64,000 nucleotides of DNA from Callorhinchus milii. Lineage: Eukaryota. The stretch spans positions 111,912,001 to 111,976,000 of the forward strand of contig NW_024704743.1 in assembly GCF_018977255.1 (NCBI RefSeq), written 5' to 3'. The position numbers and the translations under genes are program-made. Below are positions 1 to 13,633 of this stretch, piece by piece. The notes under the pieces were generated by a model. It saw nothing but the letters and a program-made list of their open reading frames with translations. It was not told where the DNA came from and ran no database searches. Each line of letters begins with the position of its first letter. The first letter of the stretch is position 1.

Positions 1-113
1 TGCAGTTGGCTGCTACACTGCCTTACAAAATATAAGTCACTGGACTTCACGATAACTCTTTGAGATGTCTTCCTGACGTGAAAAGTGCAATATCAAATGC
101 AAGGGTTATTATT
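1..113 (+). mobile_element. Deu-SINE 3' fragment with L2-derived tail (truncated by window edge)
   Basis: ttggctgc...tttgagatgtcttcctgacgtgaaaagtgcaatatcaaatgcaagggttattatt matches the tail shared by the SINE copies at 21.06 kb and 22.93 kb. Confidence 0.8.
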
Positions 114-886
114 TTAAGCATTCTCCACCTTCACTCTCCACTACTGCTACACTGTGGCCCAGGAGTTCAACCCGCACAACACTTTGGCAACACTGACTAA
201 AGCTCCTGAAACAGATATTTTTGTGGTTGGTGCTAGTTGTTGTATGGAGTGTGGTGCTCTTGTGATGCAGCAGCCACTCCATTGGGTTCTTTCTCCTTGT
301 TCTGTGAAGAGAGAAGATGGCCCATGATCAGAACAAATGCACACATCCATATGGATACTGCATTGCATTGCTAAAGTGCCCTGATACAAATGCAGTGATT
401 TGAAGAGCTTGTGAGACTTCCCAAGACACCACCAACTCAGGCACTGTTATAAGAATGTACCTTTCATTGAGGCTTTCATCTAGTCTAACATCAACAGCCC
501 CCGTCCCGTCTACAATTGTCTGGCCAAATAAATCAAAAGTTTGAGAGCGTCAAGACTTCCAGTTGGGAGGGGGGAATATTATAGGGTGACTGAATGCCAG
601 TATAGGCATTCAAAATAGAGGTAATGGTTCCTGAGATAGAATGATTTGACCCTTCAAAAATTCTAACTGTGATACATCAACTCCCATTACTGCATGGTCA
701 ATGTCATTTGCTAAATACCATTCAATACTTATTACAAGAAATTATCACAGGCGTTTCTTGTTCTGCATGTTCGGCGAAAAAAACATTTACAATTGTGCCT
801 TCACACAGCGTGTGTAAGCGTGCTGCGCCTCCAGTGTACAGCAGAATTAATCCTGTACCTTTAGCACTTCTTTTCAAGTTAATCAG

Positions 887-1085
887 GTTTTTTTTCTTCC
901 GTACACCCTGGGGAGTCCTCCGAAGACCACGTTCAATGGGAGGTCACGTCCGGTCAAGCCCGTTACGTCCTCAGCACTGTGGTTGTCGTGATAGGGGGAG
1001 GGTAAAACTCTCCCTGCTGAAAAGGTCCTTACACCACTCCACATGAGTGTGTGTCAGGCCTGCCGGGAAAACGCACTTTCTTCCA
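887..1085 (-). mobile_element. Unclassified CpG-rich, A-tailed insertion (possible retroposed element 3' end)
   Basis: About 200 bp of GC/CpG-rich sequence in AT-rich flanks. It begins with a T-run on + (A-tail on -) and contains two hairpins. Family not recognised. Confidence 0.35.
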
Positions 1086-3575
1086 TTGTGCAGTAATACT
1101 CCACACTCACACCAAGATTACTATCCTCGGACCTATTTAAATGCTTATTCAGCTACGAAAGTCTTTTACGCATTAAAAATAATTCACTGAAGGTGGTGCT
1201 TCACCGGCTGTTACTCTGCCATTGACTTAAACATCATTGCATTAGTGCTGTTCAGCAATATCTTGAATGCGTGAATGCGATCTTAAAGCTGCAGTACACA
1301 GTGCTTGAAACATGCTTAAAGAGATACCAAATCGGCCCTTGTAGTCTGCTTTGTTTAACTGAATTTCTTTGTGGTGTTATGGTTGAGGATGAAAAGCACC
1401 ACTGGAGTTTGATATCACAACCCCAGTTTTATCATTTTTCTATCGTATTTTATCATATTCCATTATACTTAGGATACATGCCCAGCATTTACTAACCCTG
1501 CGTTCCCCAGAGTTGTATTTGAATTGTATCCCAAGCACGGCACAAAAGTGTCTCCTGAAGCCCTTTTGCCCCTTCGGCACTCATAGACTCATTGGTCCTG
1601 ACATTTTCACTTCATCCATGACAAATGATCTGGTGACGGTGATCAGATTGCACAAGATGACTACTTTACCCACAACTAAATCATTAGCTTCCATCAGTCC
1701 ATTCTCCTGATGTGGAAATAGATTCTATCCCATTAGCTCTCATCTCATCATTTTCCAAGATGTGGAGTATTTTACGTTACTGTTTTTTTCAAAATATCTT
1801 CAGCTAATAATACTAGCACGTACATAGAAAAGCTGCCCAGTCTTTCCTCTTCCACCATAGATCAGACAGGATATGAGAAGGCTACTTAGTAAGTGCTTCT
1901 CAAGGGATTTCGTAACTGTACTCAACCTCTGCCCCACTCCAAACACTGTGCCAGATATCTGTCTATTGTGTATCCTTCCCACTCTTTGGGAAAAGAAAAA
2001 AATCATACCCATAGAATATACTGTAGTTAGTGTTACTGTAAATTCTCTCTGCATACTGTGCTGCACACTGTTTAAAAAAAGTTGCTCTTCACACAAACAC
2101 TGGCTATAAACTTTTCATGTTCCTCTTTGATGCGCTTGACATCTATTTACACTGTAAATGCCTATTAAACTACAGATCAGTAGCACTTTTGAGGTACAAA
2201 TTGGATATTCCTTCTATTAATTAAAATATGCCCATACTTATTTCATGTATTTGATCTTCGGTGCAGAAGAGGGGGAAAATACTATTTTCATTTTAGCCCC
2301 TTTAATTCATTCTGGTACCAGGGGCTAAACAGTCACTGCTAGTACAGGCCTTCATAAGTGGAGTCAACCTCCTCTCTGAATTGTTATCTACATCTGGGGC
2401 TCTGAAGGCAAACTCTTCAAGTGATGTTCTTATTGGCATCTGTCCCTTCTTATTGGACCAAGGACAAAGCAGAGTGGTGTGTGAAGTACGGTTCATGAAT
2501 AAAACGGAGGTGAGCCAAAGAAAGTGCTCCCTGTGATTTGCTTGTTGACAGCGAGCACTTAAACAGGCCTGTACAACCAACAACACTTGGCAGAGCTTAA
2601 TGGTTCCAGCAATGCACCCTGCCTCACTTCAATGAAAAAACACCTCTCCCATTCTTGCATGCCACTTCAAAAATCTACACATCTGTACCAACACAGTGCA
2701 TGCCCTTTCTTCTGTGTCAGGTAATTACACTGGCATTTTTTTTATGTGGCGAGTGTACAAATTGAAAACCTGCACATCATGCTCGTCTGTCTAAAGAAGC
2801 TTCCTCTTTGTAAAATCTACAACTGTCACAAAGAACAAATAACAGAAAATTTAATTCACTTTAAATCCCTTTTAAACTTTAGAGGTTCAGTCAGCCACAG
2901 ACTCAGTCATCTTAAGACTCTGGTTACTTAAGCGGTTCTTTGTTAAGGATTTTTCTTTAAACTCCATTTTGATACAGCTAAAGAATTTCAAATTTGAGTT
3001 TTGTGCAGACAAAAGAAAAGGAACAGAACATATTTGTGGGATCCTTATTGAACGATTAATTTCACACAATTAGCAATGTAGTTTTATGGAATTCAGTTTA
3101 AGTACTTCACACTATCACATAAAAGCTGCAAGTACTATCTAAACTAATAATCTCCACCATTTCATATGACCCCTTAACAGCTTCAGTATTAAACCTGCCC
3201 ATATAAGGAAAGCAAACACATACTTTTAATGGATAGAAATATCTTTAGTGATACTCAGCATTTGTACCTGCAGCATGGAGTCTGCATTCCTCGAAAGTCA
3301 TCAATCTCTGAGCAGTACTATCTATACATTTATTTTCTGTGTATTTGATATCATAATCCTTGTGTTCCCTTTTATACTATCATTGGAGTGAAAACTGTCG
3401 GGGAGCAAATAAAGTATGTATCCCCTTTAGTACTGTCCCACGAGATTACTGAATTGCTCGTTAGACAAACGTTCCCTTTAAACTATGTTCCCACCAATAG
3501 GGGTTTACTATAACTTTATAAGAGCATTTCTGACAAACTAGAATTAATCTAGACATGCATATGTGTTTAGAACAG

Positions 3576-3670
3576 TAATAATCATCCCTGCATTTGGTAT
3601 AGCTCTTTATCATGTCTTTGAGATGTCTCAACGTGTTTTACTGTAGATTGCAATGACTATAATTTGTGGG
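3576..3670 (-). mobile_element. Deu-SINE 3' tail fragment
   Basis: taataatcatccctgcatttggtatagctctttatcatgtctttgagatgtctcaa is the reverse complement of the SINE tail. Confidence 0.75.
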
Positions 3671-6399
3671 CTTTGCCTCTTACAGTGTTATAAGTTGTTT
3701 AATAAAATATTTGAAAACACAGTTTGCATCATACTTGATATCCTTTTGTAACCTTAACAACAATTTGAATCTTTTGTTGCATTGTTTCTAGTTTATAGCC
3801 TTATATTGTACTGTATCAAGATTATTAGCAAAACGTGAATTTCAGTTCACAGAAAAGCTTATCTGAGATGATCGCACTGATTCAGTGACAAGTTGATAGT
3901 TGACTACACTGCTTTCAATATGATAGGTAACCCTGCAGATATTACATATTGTCCAAGCAATCATGCATTCCCTGTCAAGCAGATCACTAAAAATATACAA
4001 CATTTATGTTCCTGGAACATTGTTTGTCTTTTGTTTATTCAATGCGGTATCTGTTTGATGTTGAATCTGAATAATTTGTACCTTCAACATTGTTTTGAAT
4101 ATGGTATTCTGTTTTATTTAACACAATGCTTTAATTTCCTTCTATTTATGGCTTACAATGTTGTGACTAGACATTGTGAAACAGATTGAATGACTGTTTG
4201 GCTATAGCACAGTGCATCAAAGAAATTAAGACTGTAGCTATTTTTTCCTTTCTCTTTGAATCTTAAAATTTAAAAATAAGAATTCATTTCTACTTTAAGA
4301 AAATACAATATTCAATGATCCGAATCTCAAGATTGTGATTTAATGGACAGGACACAGTAGTCTCTTTTACAGCAGTTAGCTATATGTCAATATTACCTGT
4401 ACACTTACAACTCAAATCACAATGAACTCTATCCCTTCAGTAGAGTGATAACCTAAACTGTTTTGCAAGCCAGCAACATACAACTACGCTAATAAATCCA
4501 AAATAGAACAGTTTAAATACATTTGATCTTGCGAAACTGTAAACAGAATAACTCTAGAACATTTGGCTTGCGTTATACTTTGTTTTTCAACGTCATGAAG
4601 TAGTGAAAATATAAAATTACCTGAAATGTAAGCTAAAATACCTCTGTTGTTTGGTGCTATTTTTCTGATTAAAACAATAAACTTAAATCTTGTCAGAATA
4701 GGTTGCAATATGAATCAATTCACTTTTTTTAAACTCAATGCTTACACGCTAACTCTTCAATAACTGCATTTGTACAAGGTGTCAGATAAAACTCACTGAA
4801 TTACCCCAAAAGCATTAACAATTATTATTTTTGTAACTTAGAGTCGTTTAGCTATTCTTCCTCTTTGCTATAGGAATGCAGACAAATTGTAACCAGCCAC
4901 TAACCTGCATGTCATTCAATTCTGCAGAGACTGGAAATATGCCAATTACAGCACATGACAGTTTATTAACTCTGTTTAACACAATTATAAAATATGCCAA
5001 TCTTTACAGAAACAGAACAAAACACATTCTACTTGTTGAGAGCCATACACAAATTAAAATACTGTACTGATATACATTAAATAGTGAATTCATCTTACGG
5101 TATTACAAGTGGTCTGCAGCTTATTCATCTTAAATAATGTCACATTAAAAATTAACCTGACAAGACCTCTATACAAATGACAAGTATGTGCATATAGAAG
5201 TTCTGTGAACTGCCAGCAAACAATTGGGGTCAACAGCTGATGGACTGTGTGTACACTCGTCTGGGGCCTGAAACTGTTAATTATTACAATCTAAAACCCA
5301 TGTGAAACCTATCGAAAAAAGTCAAGATAAAGAATCTTGCACAGAAAAAACTCTCTCATTCCCTGTTCCTAAAAGCTTATCAACCCCTGAAGTATTTTTA
5401 CTTTCAGAAGGACTGCGAAGCAAACAGTCATGTCCTTTGATTTCCATCTCTTTAGCTACATAAAGCTCTTGTTTTTCACAAAGGTACAAACGTTTTAAGC
5501 ATCTGTGAAACATGAATAATATAATAAATTGATGCAGTCCTTTACTCATTCGTATTATCTTTCTATAGGATGCTGTTTGTAACTTATTGGGGAAAATAAC
5601 TTTATCTGAGAAAGAGAATAGCTGAACTTACTTGACACCTTTAGTGGTCAGTATTTGGTTATAGCAACAAGCCTGGCCTGTTCTTGTAACTCTTCTGTAT
5701 ACAAATCCTCTGTTTATCAGCCTCAAACTGAACCATTATCATACATATTACTTCACAAGGTGTGAGAATCCGAGGGAATTCCTTAAAGCTGCTGAAATAT
5801 GAGACTATGCTTGTTTTCTCAAGTCCTGGACAAACATATCTTTAGAGTGAGCTGAGCATGTGTGTGTGTCTGGATGAGGGGGGGGGGGGGGGGGGGCAAG
5901 GAAAGGAAGAGCCTGCATTTTCATCTTCCTTTCATCTTAGTCATTCAGTCAACCATTCAGACTGCCATTCAACGGCACTTTTCATTATGCAAAAAAATGC
6001 TAATCCTTTTCCGATGCTTTCACACTTGTATAAACCTCTATTTCTCCAACTGAAAAGCAATTATATCAGTTTACGTTTCTGTCAAAAAAACAGGATTAAT
6101 TCTGGGACAGCAGAATCTCGTCTTTTTTTTCATATTCAGTTATCGGAAACTAGAGAGATTAATAATGAAGGTATTTCCACAATGTGACTCCACACTTGCA
6201 TTTTAAGCGGTGATTTAATTGGTCAAAGGAAAACAGCTTTAGTTACTGCGGAAACTCTTTTCGGCAACAGAACTGACCTTCCCTCACTGAGCTCTCTGAA
6301 TAGAAAGCCTGAAACTAGTCTATTAATCAGAAACAAATTATGAAAGAATGTAGCTGGACTGGTTGACACTATCCTGGCTTCGAAGACTCAGTAAAAGCT

Positions 6400-6830
6400 A
6401 AGTAACAATGTCCTCTTCATGGGTAATGAAGAACCATGACAAATGAGACAGAGCAACCATTCGTTTGCATATGCAAATTCCCATACAAGGGAAACATGTA
6501 CAAACAAGTGTCATTGTAAGGTGGATTAGGCAAACAAGGCTTTCTTTTTAGGACACTCTGCAGCCCCGAACATTAGTCAGCACAATTAACCCAGTTGCCA
6601 TGGTGACTAATGAAATTTTACCGTGGTATGAGTTAAATTAGATAGCTAGTTATGTGTTTCCACTATCCAACTCAAAATCCATTAGTTGCTCCAGAACAAT
6701 AAAGCGATTGTATTCGGCTGATCTCTGCCAGCTCAACAAGCCTCTAAGTTGACGATTTGCATATGTTAATATAATTAAGTGCTAATTACATGAAAGTTGC
6801 ACGTATTCACATTCACTTTCCCTGGGTGCT
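6400..6830. promoter_or_regulatory. Candidate enhancer with POU octamer, RFX X-box and Sox motifs
   Basis: Palindromic tttgcatatgcaaa at 6464-6477, X-box gttgccatggtgac at 6594-6607, atttgcat-atgttaat at 6755-6770, plus cattgt/acaat Sox cores and taatta homeobox cores. Confidence 0.45.
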
Positions 6831-9800
6831 CTTCAGCTTGAACTCTATCCAAGTCTTTAACCCTAAAACGTAAGGATTCTAACCAGGAAGGAATCTTGTG
6901 TAGCACTACAGCCCCAGGGCTCACATGGAAGAGCTCTACACTTAATACATTAAGCCTACTACTGGCTTCTTATCTTTTCACTCACAACAGTTGTTGGTAT
7001 TGGGGCATGTGCACTGTGCCAATCTGCTAATGTCTCCCGACTTTCAATCACAGCCTCGCTTTATCAACAGATGAAGCACAATAATTAATTCACATCAATC
7101 ACTTACAGTACAACTGCTCAACCAGTTATTCTGCTACTTGTGGATGGACAGTGCTCTCCGACAGCGAAACAAGTGTGAACCCAAAACCGTTCCCAAAAAG
7201 ATTAATGTGTGCCACGTTGTCACTGACATACCAGCACATTTAAACTAAATTATACAATGTTGAAAAAACTTGTAAGCAATTAGATAAAATATGGTTACGA
7301 TTTTTTTTCAACCACAAGTAACTGTACGTTGGCGATCAAACTTGTTTGTATTTTGACAAGCATGGAAATTTCCTGTAAATTGTTTGGATTGTGTTGAATT
7401 CAAAACAAAACCATTTTTTAAAGTCACACATTTGCAGCAGCACCCACCAAACATACCTAACCTTTCAAAGGAATTTTTGGCAAAACAGACAGCTTGCATA
7501 GATTAAAGAGCCTTTGTCCTTTTCGTATGCATTACTTTTTTTTGTAGACTAAATTGAGCGAGTCTGCTTCACATTTTTAGGAAGGAACATTTTACACTGA
7601 ATGGAAAAAATGCTCTGCAGCGTACGAAAATTGGTGCAGCTGCATGTGAACTTCATCCAGATGGTTCACAACTATAAAACTGCAAAAAGTGAGATAACCA
7701 AACTCCCCAAGGTTACACAATACCCGAACACCTCACAGTCTGACCGCAAAACTATTTTTTAAAAATATATGAATTATATGTATATATTTTCCATATATAT
7801 ATATAAACGTTCATATCATATGCATACAAGCTTGACATCGACACGGAGTTCTTAACACAGAGGCCTAAACAACTACAATAATAAACCAGCGATAGTGAAG
7901 CACTGATAGCATTCCACTATCAAGGAATGCTCCCTGCATTGTGTTTCTACATTCAAAAGAGCCTCACCAGGCATTGTGTTTTACTGTACATAAACCACAT
8001 ACATACACGCACACACGCGCACATATAATATGTTATCTATCCATTTATATATAAAAACACACACGTTGAAATAAGCTATGGTACGATTGACATGACACAG
8101 ACTTTTTAGGTCAGAATGTGAAGTATTTACCCACCAGGTGATTTCACTGCTGAATTTCACATTTGCCTTTATTTAGATTTAAAATGCCAGACCCATAAAA
8201 ACACACTAGCTCAAGAGTTGATATCAACATTAACAATTTCAACAATAGCACCAGACTCACACGTCCACAAAAGAGCTACAGTAATCAAATTGTTTTTATT
8301 TTGCTCTTTGTAAGAAGGCTTTGAATTTTGTTTCTTTGTATTGGATTGGAGAAGCTTGCTCAGTCAGTAAATCCAGCATCGGGCAGTTGTGCTGCTTTAG
8401 GCACACACACATACAAATTCTCAAAATCAACAAAAAAAATCACATGTTACAATGCAATAGCCTGCACACGTTTGACAGTTTTGATCTGTCAATAAACCTG
8501 CACGACTTCACCCAATGATAAATATATGCAAACCGAGCGTCACTGAGCATATTCACACTATTTATAGTGTCTGACATAAACAGTCTCTACCAACACATTT
8601 GTGCTAACTCTATTAAATTTGCTGGCGTCATGTCCACGTCAGCAACAACATCTCAGAGATAAGGTATGCAAATATAAAAATAAATCCAGAACTAAAAATC
8701 TAAGGGAAACATATTGAAAATAAAAGTAGTCACCACTTCAAAGAAGCAACAAACAAAAAGATGCCACCTCAATACAAGTTACAATCAAATATCCTGCTGC
8801 CATTAGGACTAGAAAATTATTGTACCAAGACACTCACATTTGTATTTTCTTGTCTTACTGCTTTCATAAGACATTGTTTTTTGTGAACTTTATCTAGAAT
8901 TTTTCCAATTCTACAGGATTTTTTTATCATCAAAATAATGACAACTGTTCTGAGTATTCACCAAATAATTTGGCATCTGCTATCAGCACGGGAAAGGTGA
9001 TTATTGATTTTAAAAATAAATCAATATATGATTAACACAATATTTTGGTCAACGACCAACAACAGAATGAATATGGCTTTCTCAGGCCTTTAACCTATCA
9101 GAGGTCAAAGACACAACTGAGCATGTGCTAAGGGAGACTGGCAGCTTTCTCAGGATAACTTCAGTGGTTAGAAAAGCACGACATGGAAAGGAAAGGCTGC
9201 AACATGCCATTCTGCAGTGAAGGATTTTAAATCACCCAGCTCCTTCTAATAGACTTGAGACTTATTGAGGTAGAAACCATAAAAAATGAAGAAGGGAAAT
9301 TTAATCCCTGAAATATTGATTTGCACATTAATATCATATAGGGCGAGGGCAATTTGGCTTCATGGAAATGACACATTGTCGACCCTCGGTGAAGTCAGAA
9401 CCAATCTTACTGCTGAACATGTCTGAATCTCAAGAGTTATTAAGGGCTTTCCTTCTTGCCTTTATGAGTTTTCCTCTGCCTACCAATTTCATGTTAAATG
9501 TATTATCTTTAAGAAATAATTGTAAAACCTCAGGGGTTTTTTCCCAGTTAATGGAACGGATGCTAAACCACATCTGATTCTGAAATGCAACATTAAACCC
9601 TTGCAATCAACAAAGCCACCTCAGTTCTGCTTCTATCCAAGACAAGCTGTAATATTGTTATTGTGGATAATCTAATTTAATTGTGTAAATTTTAGCTATG
9701 GTTAAAGTGCCGAGAGAATATTATGGAATATATGAGCTGATTCACCCAGACCCTCTCTTATTTGATTAACCTTTTTTTTTGCAACATAAGGTTTTTTTAA

Positions 9801-10935
9801 AAAAATATATCGATACAAAAATTAAGAGCATTTTCCCCTCCCTCCCTCTCTCATAAAAGGGCATATTTCCTGCTCCGTTTTGCAAAACGCTAAACTGCAA
9901 AATCTGAGTGGATACGGTTCTAATTTAATTGTGGACAAAACATGGAAAAAGTCAATAACAATAGTGCATGATAATAATCTATACAAATCTCATTGTTAAT
10001 CATTCCAAAAGGAATATCGTTTAATAAGTTAACCTGTGCCTTTTTTCTCCCTTTTTTGCCACTGCTGTTAAGAGCTTCAAAGATTTGATTATTTCCACTG
10101 ACTAAAATAATATTAAGAACAAACATGAGGTGGGTTGTTGTGTGTGTTTTTTTTTGGGGGGGGTGGGGGTGGAGAGAGGGGGAATCTTTAAACAAATTGT
10201 CTCTCCATTAGTAATCGGCACTGGTGGATAACTGAGCAACGACCTCAGGAATATTGTCCAGGAAAGAAAACGCGTAAAAACGAAAATGGTTCGTATAAAA
10301 TGCTCTCTACGCAAACCTGGATCGGTGTCTTTGTGATTGTGTGTGTGATCCATATAATAGGTAAGTGGATACTGTATATATAGGAGTGTATTTATAACAC
10401 AGCAAAGACCCAATGGATGCACCATTAAAAAAAAAGTTGAAGATTATTAATCCGCCCGTCTGGTCGGTCGCTGTACAAATATAATATATAAATATATATA
10501 GATATCTCCTTCTCCTTTTTGACTGTTATGGCCCCAAGAACAGAGACAGAAATAAAGTCAAACTCAACGCTTTTATTTCTTTTTCTTGTGTGTGTGTGTC
10601 CTGGTGAGACTTGGGGAGTTTTAAATAACGGAGGAGCCCTTCCCGATAAAACAGTCAACCTACACGAAATTGCGCAAAAGCAACTTGGACAGGGAACCGA
10701 TGGGAAAGGACGTCTCGTTCCCAGAGCTATTTGTGAAGCTTTTTTTTTCTCTCTCTCTCTCTATTTTTAAGCCTAGTTTTCCTGTCGGATTTCTTGGCCC
10801 CACACACACCCCTCTCCCCTCTCTCTCTCTCTCTCTCCCCCCACCCCCCAACCCCCCTCCCCTCACACACACACACACACACACAACACACAGTGTTGCT
10901 GACTGCAGTGATGAGGGGAATAGTGTGTTACATAC

Positions 10936-11000
10936 CCAGCGTTTGCTCTGAGTTTAAACGATCGATCCGCATGTCACTGTCGTGTCCCAATCGCAGAAGT
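10936..11000 (-). other. Candidate 65-nt 5'UTR exon
   Basis: Minus-strand acceptor ccctgccttttcgtttggggcag| (AG at 11002-11001) and donor tgg|gtatgt (10935-10930). Confidence 0.35.
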
Positions 11001-11542
11001 CTGCCCCAAACGAAAAGGCAGGGCTAACATATACGAGTTGCAATAATCAAAAAAAAAAATTGCACACAACACAACCCACACAACACACACCACACACACC
11101 ACACACACAGGACAGCCTCGCCAGGGCAAAAAGCAAAAGGGGGAGCTGAGGTGTATAGTTGTTTTGGTTGTTTGTTTTTTTTGCCGTCTTTTTTTTTTTG
11201 GAGGGGGAGTTCCGACCCCGTCTTACAAACGAAAAAGGGGGAAAGACGAGCGGAATGGAAAACGGAGAGAGGTGTGCGTCTGAGCCGGCGTTTGGGACAT
11301 TGGGGCAGGATTTTTTTATATATATCAAAAAGAGAGAGAGAGATAGCGAGAAAGTGAGTGAGAGAGAGAGAGAGAGAGAGAGAGAATCGGCTCCTGACAG
11401 GACGGGAAGAGGCTTCTTGTGGAGGTAGAAGGAGAGATGGATTAAGTGAAAGAGTAGGAGAGAGAGACACAGAGAGAGAGAGAGAGTGCAGACACACACA
11501 CCACACATCCACACACACACACAACACACACATCCACACAGA

Positions 11543-11780
11543 CTGTGTGTCCAGAAAATACCAAAGGGGAAGCGGTATCTCTACTACATTCGAGGTTCAC
11601 CATCACCAAACCACCAGCTTCATCGCCCCGAGAGCAGCACCAGACTGAAACAAGCGCACAACCTGCCGCCGCCCGCCCGCCATCCGACCTCGGCTCGATG
11701 TGCCAGTGCAGTCCGGCCCCGGCTGCCTTCTCCCTCGGCTCCCCAGCCATCCAGCAGCCGGTCACACATCACATTCCCAG
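11543..11780 (+). other. GC-rich candidate exon of an antisense/divergent transcript
   Basis: Non-repetitive GC-rich block between microsatellites, ending in cag|gtaaaa after 11780. The start coordinate is approximate. Confidence 0.3.
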
Positions 11781-12377
11781 GTAAAATAATAATAATAATA
11801 ATAACAACAACCACCACCACCACCACCACCACACCAGCAACAGCAGAGATAAACCAAACAACGACCCTACACCACCCCCCCCCCCCACCACCCAAAAAAA
11901 AAGAAAGAAAAAGCTAAACCGCGTGCACGTTGATGGGTCGATCCTTCCCCCCCCCCCCACCACCACCAAAAACAACTTTTCTGACGTGCATATGATATAG
12001 TAGATATATTTTTTTAAAAAAAGAAGCGAGAATGATAAATTTCAACTCAGACGGGCAGGAAGCTGACTGGGGGGGGGGGGGGGGGGACAGTCGCAGTTTG
12101 GGTTAACATTGTACACGAAAAAACAAGGAGGAAATATTGGTGTAACTTATTCGGATGAACTTAATTAGACAGCAGTTAATTGCAAACTAGCGATCGGCCC
12201 CTTTTGCAAAACACGAGAGACGAGAGTGCGTGAGTGAGTGAGTGAGTGAAGTGAGTGTGTAGTGAAGTGAGCGCTTGAATGAAGCGCTGGGACACGGCGA
12301 AGTGCGGGGCTTTGACAGCGCCGTAACCTCGTCTCTCTGTCTCTCTCACTCCCTCTGTGTCTGTCTGTCTGTCTGTC

Positions 12378-12411
<34 letters not shown>

Positions 12412-13026
12412 GGACACCAAACTATTTATTTCGCCCCCTCGAAAGATCCAGCAAAGCAAGTAGTTTGTATCTGCAAGTAGTTTTTTTGTTTTTTCGGAGC
12501 AAATCTGACAGCCGATCTGCCTTGTGATGAGCATCTATCTGTCTGTCTGTACGTCCTAAAAGTCACACACACATAACACCCCATCGCTCGCACTTGTGTA
12601 AACACAAGTACCCGTTTCTCCCGTTAACAAACCAACCGCCCACCCCCACCCCCACCCCCCCCCCCCCCCCCCACCCCCTCCTTCCCCACCCCGACAAAAT
12701 AATAACAAACCCGAGTTTTGGGGGAAAGGAAGACATCCGCTATTTTTTTTTCGCGTTGGGAAAAAGAAATCGCAAAGAACCATTGAGTTTCTTTTTTTAA
12801 AAAAGTTAACCCCCCCCCCCCCACCATCACCACCACCCCGCCCCCCCCCCCAAAAAAAAAACAACCCCCAAAATAGAATAAAAATTGAAATGAATCAAAA
12901 ATCCAGGCACGACAAAACACAAGAGTGCTTAAACCGACTAACGAGGTCTGGTTGTGTGTTAATATATATATATATATATAGATTATAGATAGATAAGATA
13001 GATATATAGAGAGAACACTGTCTTAC

Positions 13027-13075
13027 CGCTTAATAAAGTGCAACTTACTATTTTCCCTCTCGCAGCTTCTTCTCT
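13027..13075 (-). other. Candidate alternative non-coding first exon (3' part) with tandem donors
   Basis: Minus strand reads gctgcgagagggaaaata|gtaagttgcactttattaagcg|gtaaga, giving two donors 22 nt apart (13048-13043 and 13026-13021). The 5' end is undefined. Confidence 0.45.
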
Positions 13076-13545
13076 CTCTCCCTCTCTCTGTCTGTCTGTC
13101 TCTGCCTCTCCCTCTGTTTCTCTTTCTCTGACACACACACACTCTCTCTTTCTCTCCCTCTTCTTCTTCTTCTTCTCTTTTTTTATAATGACATTAATTA
13201 TTGTCACACATCCAGTCGGGAGGGCCCCCACCCCCCACCCCCCACCCCCCACCCCACCACCTCCCGAATTGTGTTGTTTTTTTTTCTTTTTGCTTTTTCT
13301 TTTTTTTTCCTTCCCTTCCTCTCTTTTTTTATATCACAAGAATCATAAAATATACCCCCCAAAAAAAACCAGAAACCAACCCACCACCACCACCACCACC
13401 ACCACAAAAAAAAACAGAAAAGAGCCCAGAAAAGACAACCCCTCACCCCCCGCAAAAAAAGAGAATTAAAAAAAAAGTCCCACACCCCCCCCCCCCCCAA
13501 AAAAAAAAAGTCGCACAAAAAAAAAAGAAAAGGGAAAGGGAAATA

Positions 13546-13582
<37 letters not shown>

Positions 13583-13633
13583 TTTAAAAAAAAAGAGAGA
13601 TTGCCAAGGAATAGAGAAGGAGATGGGACATAC

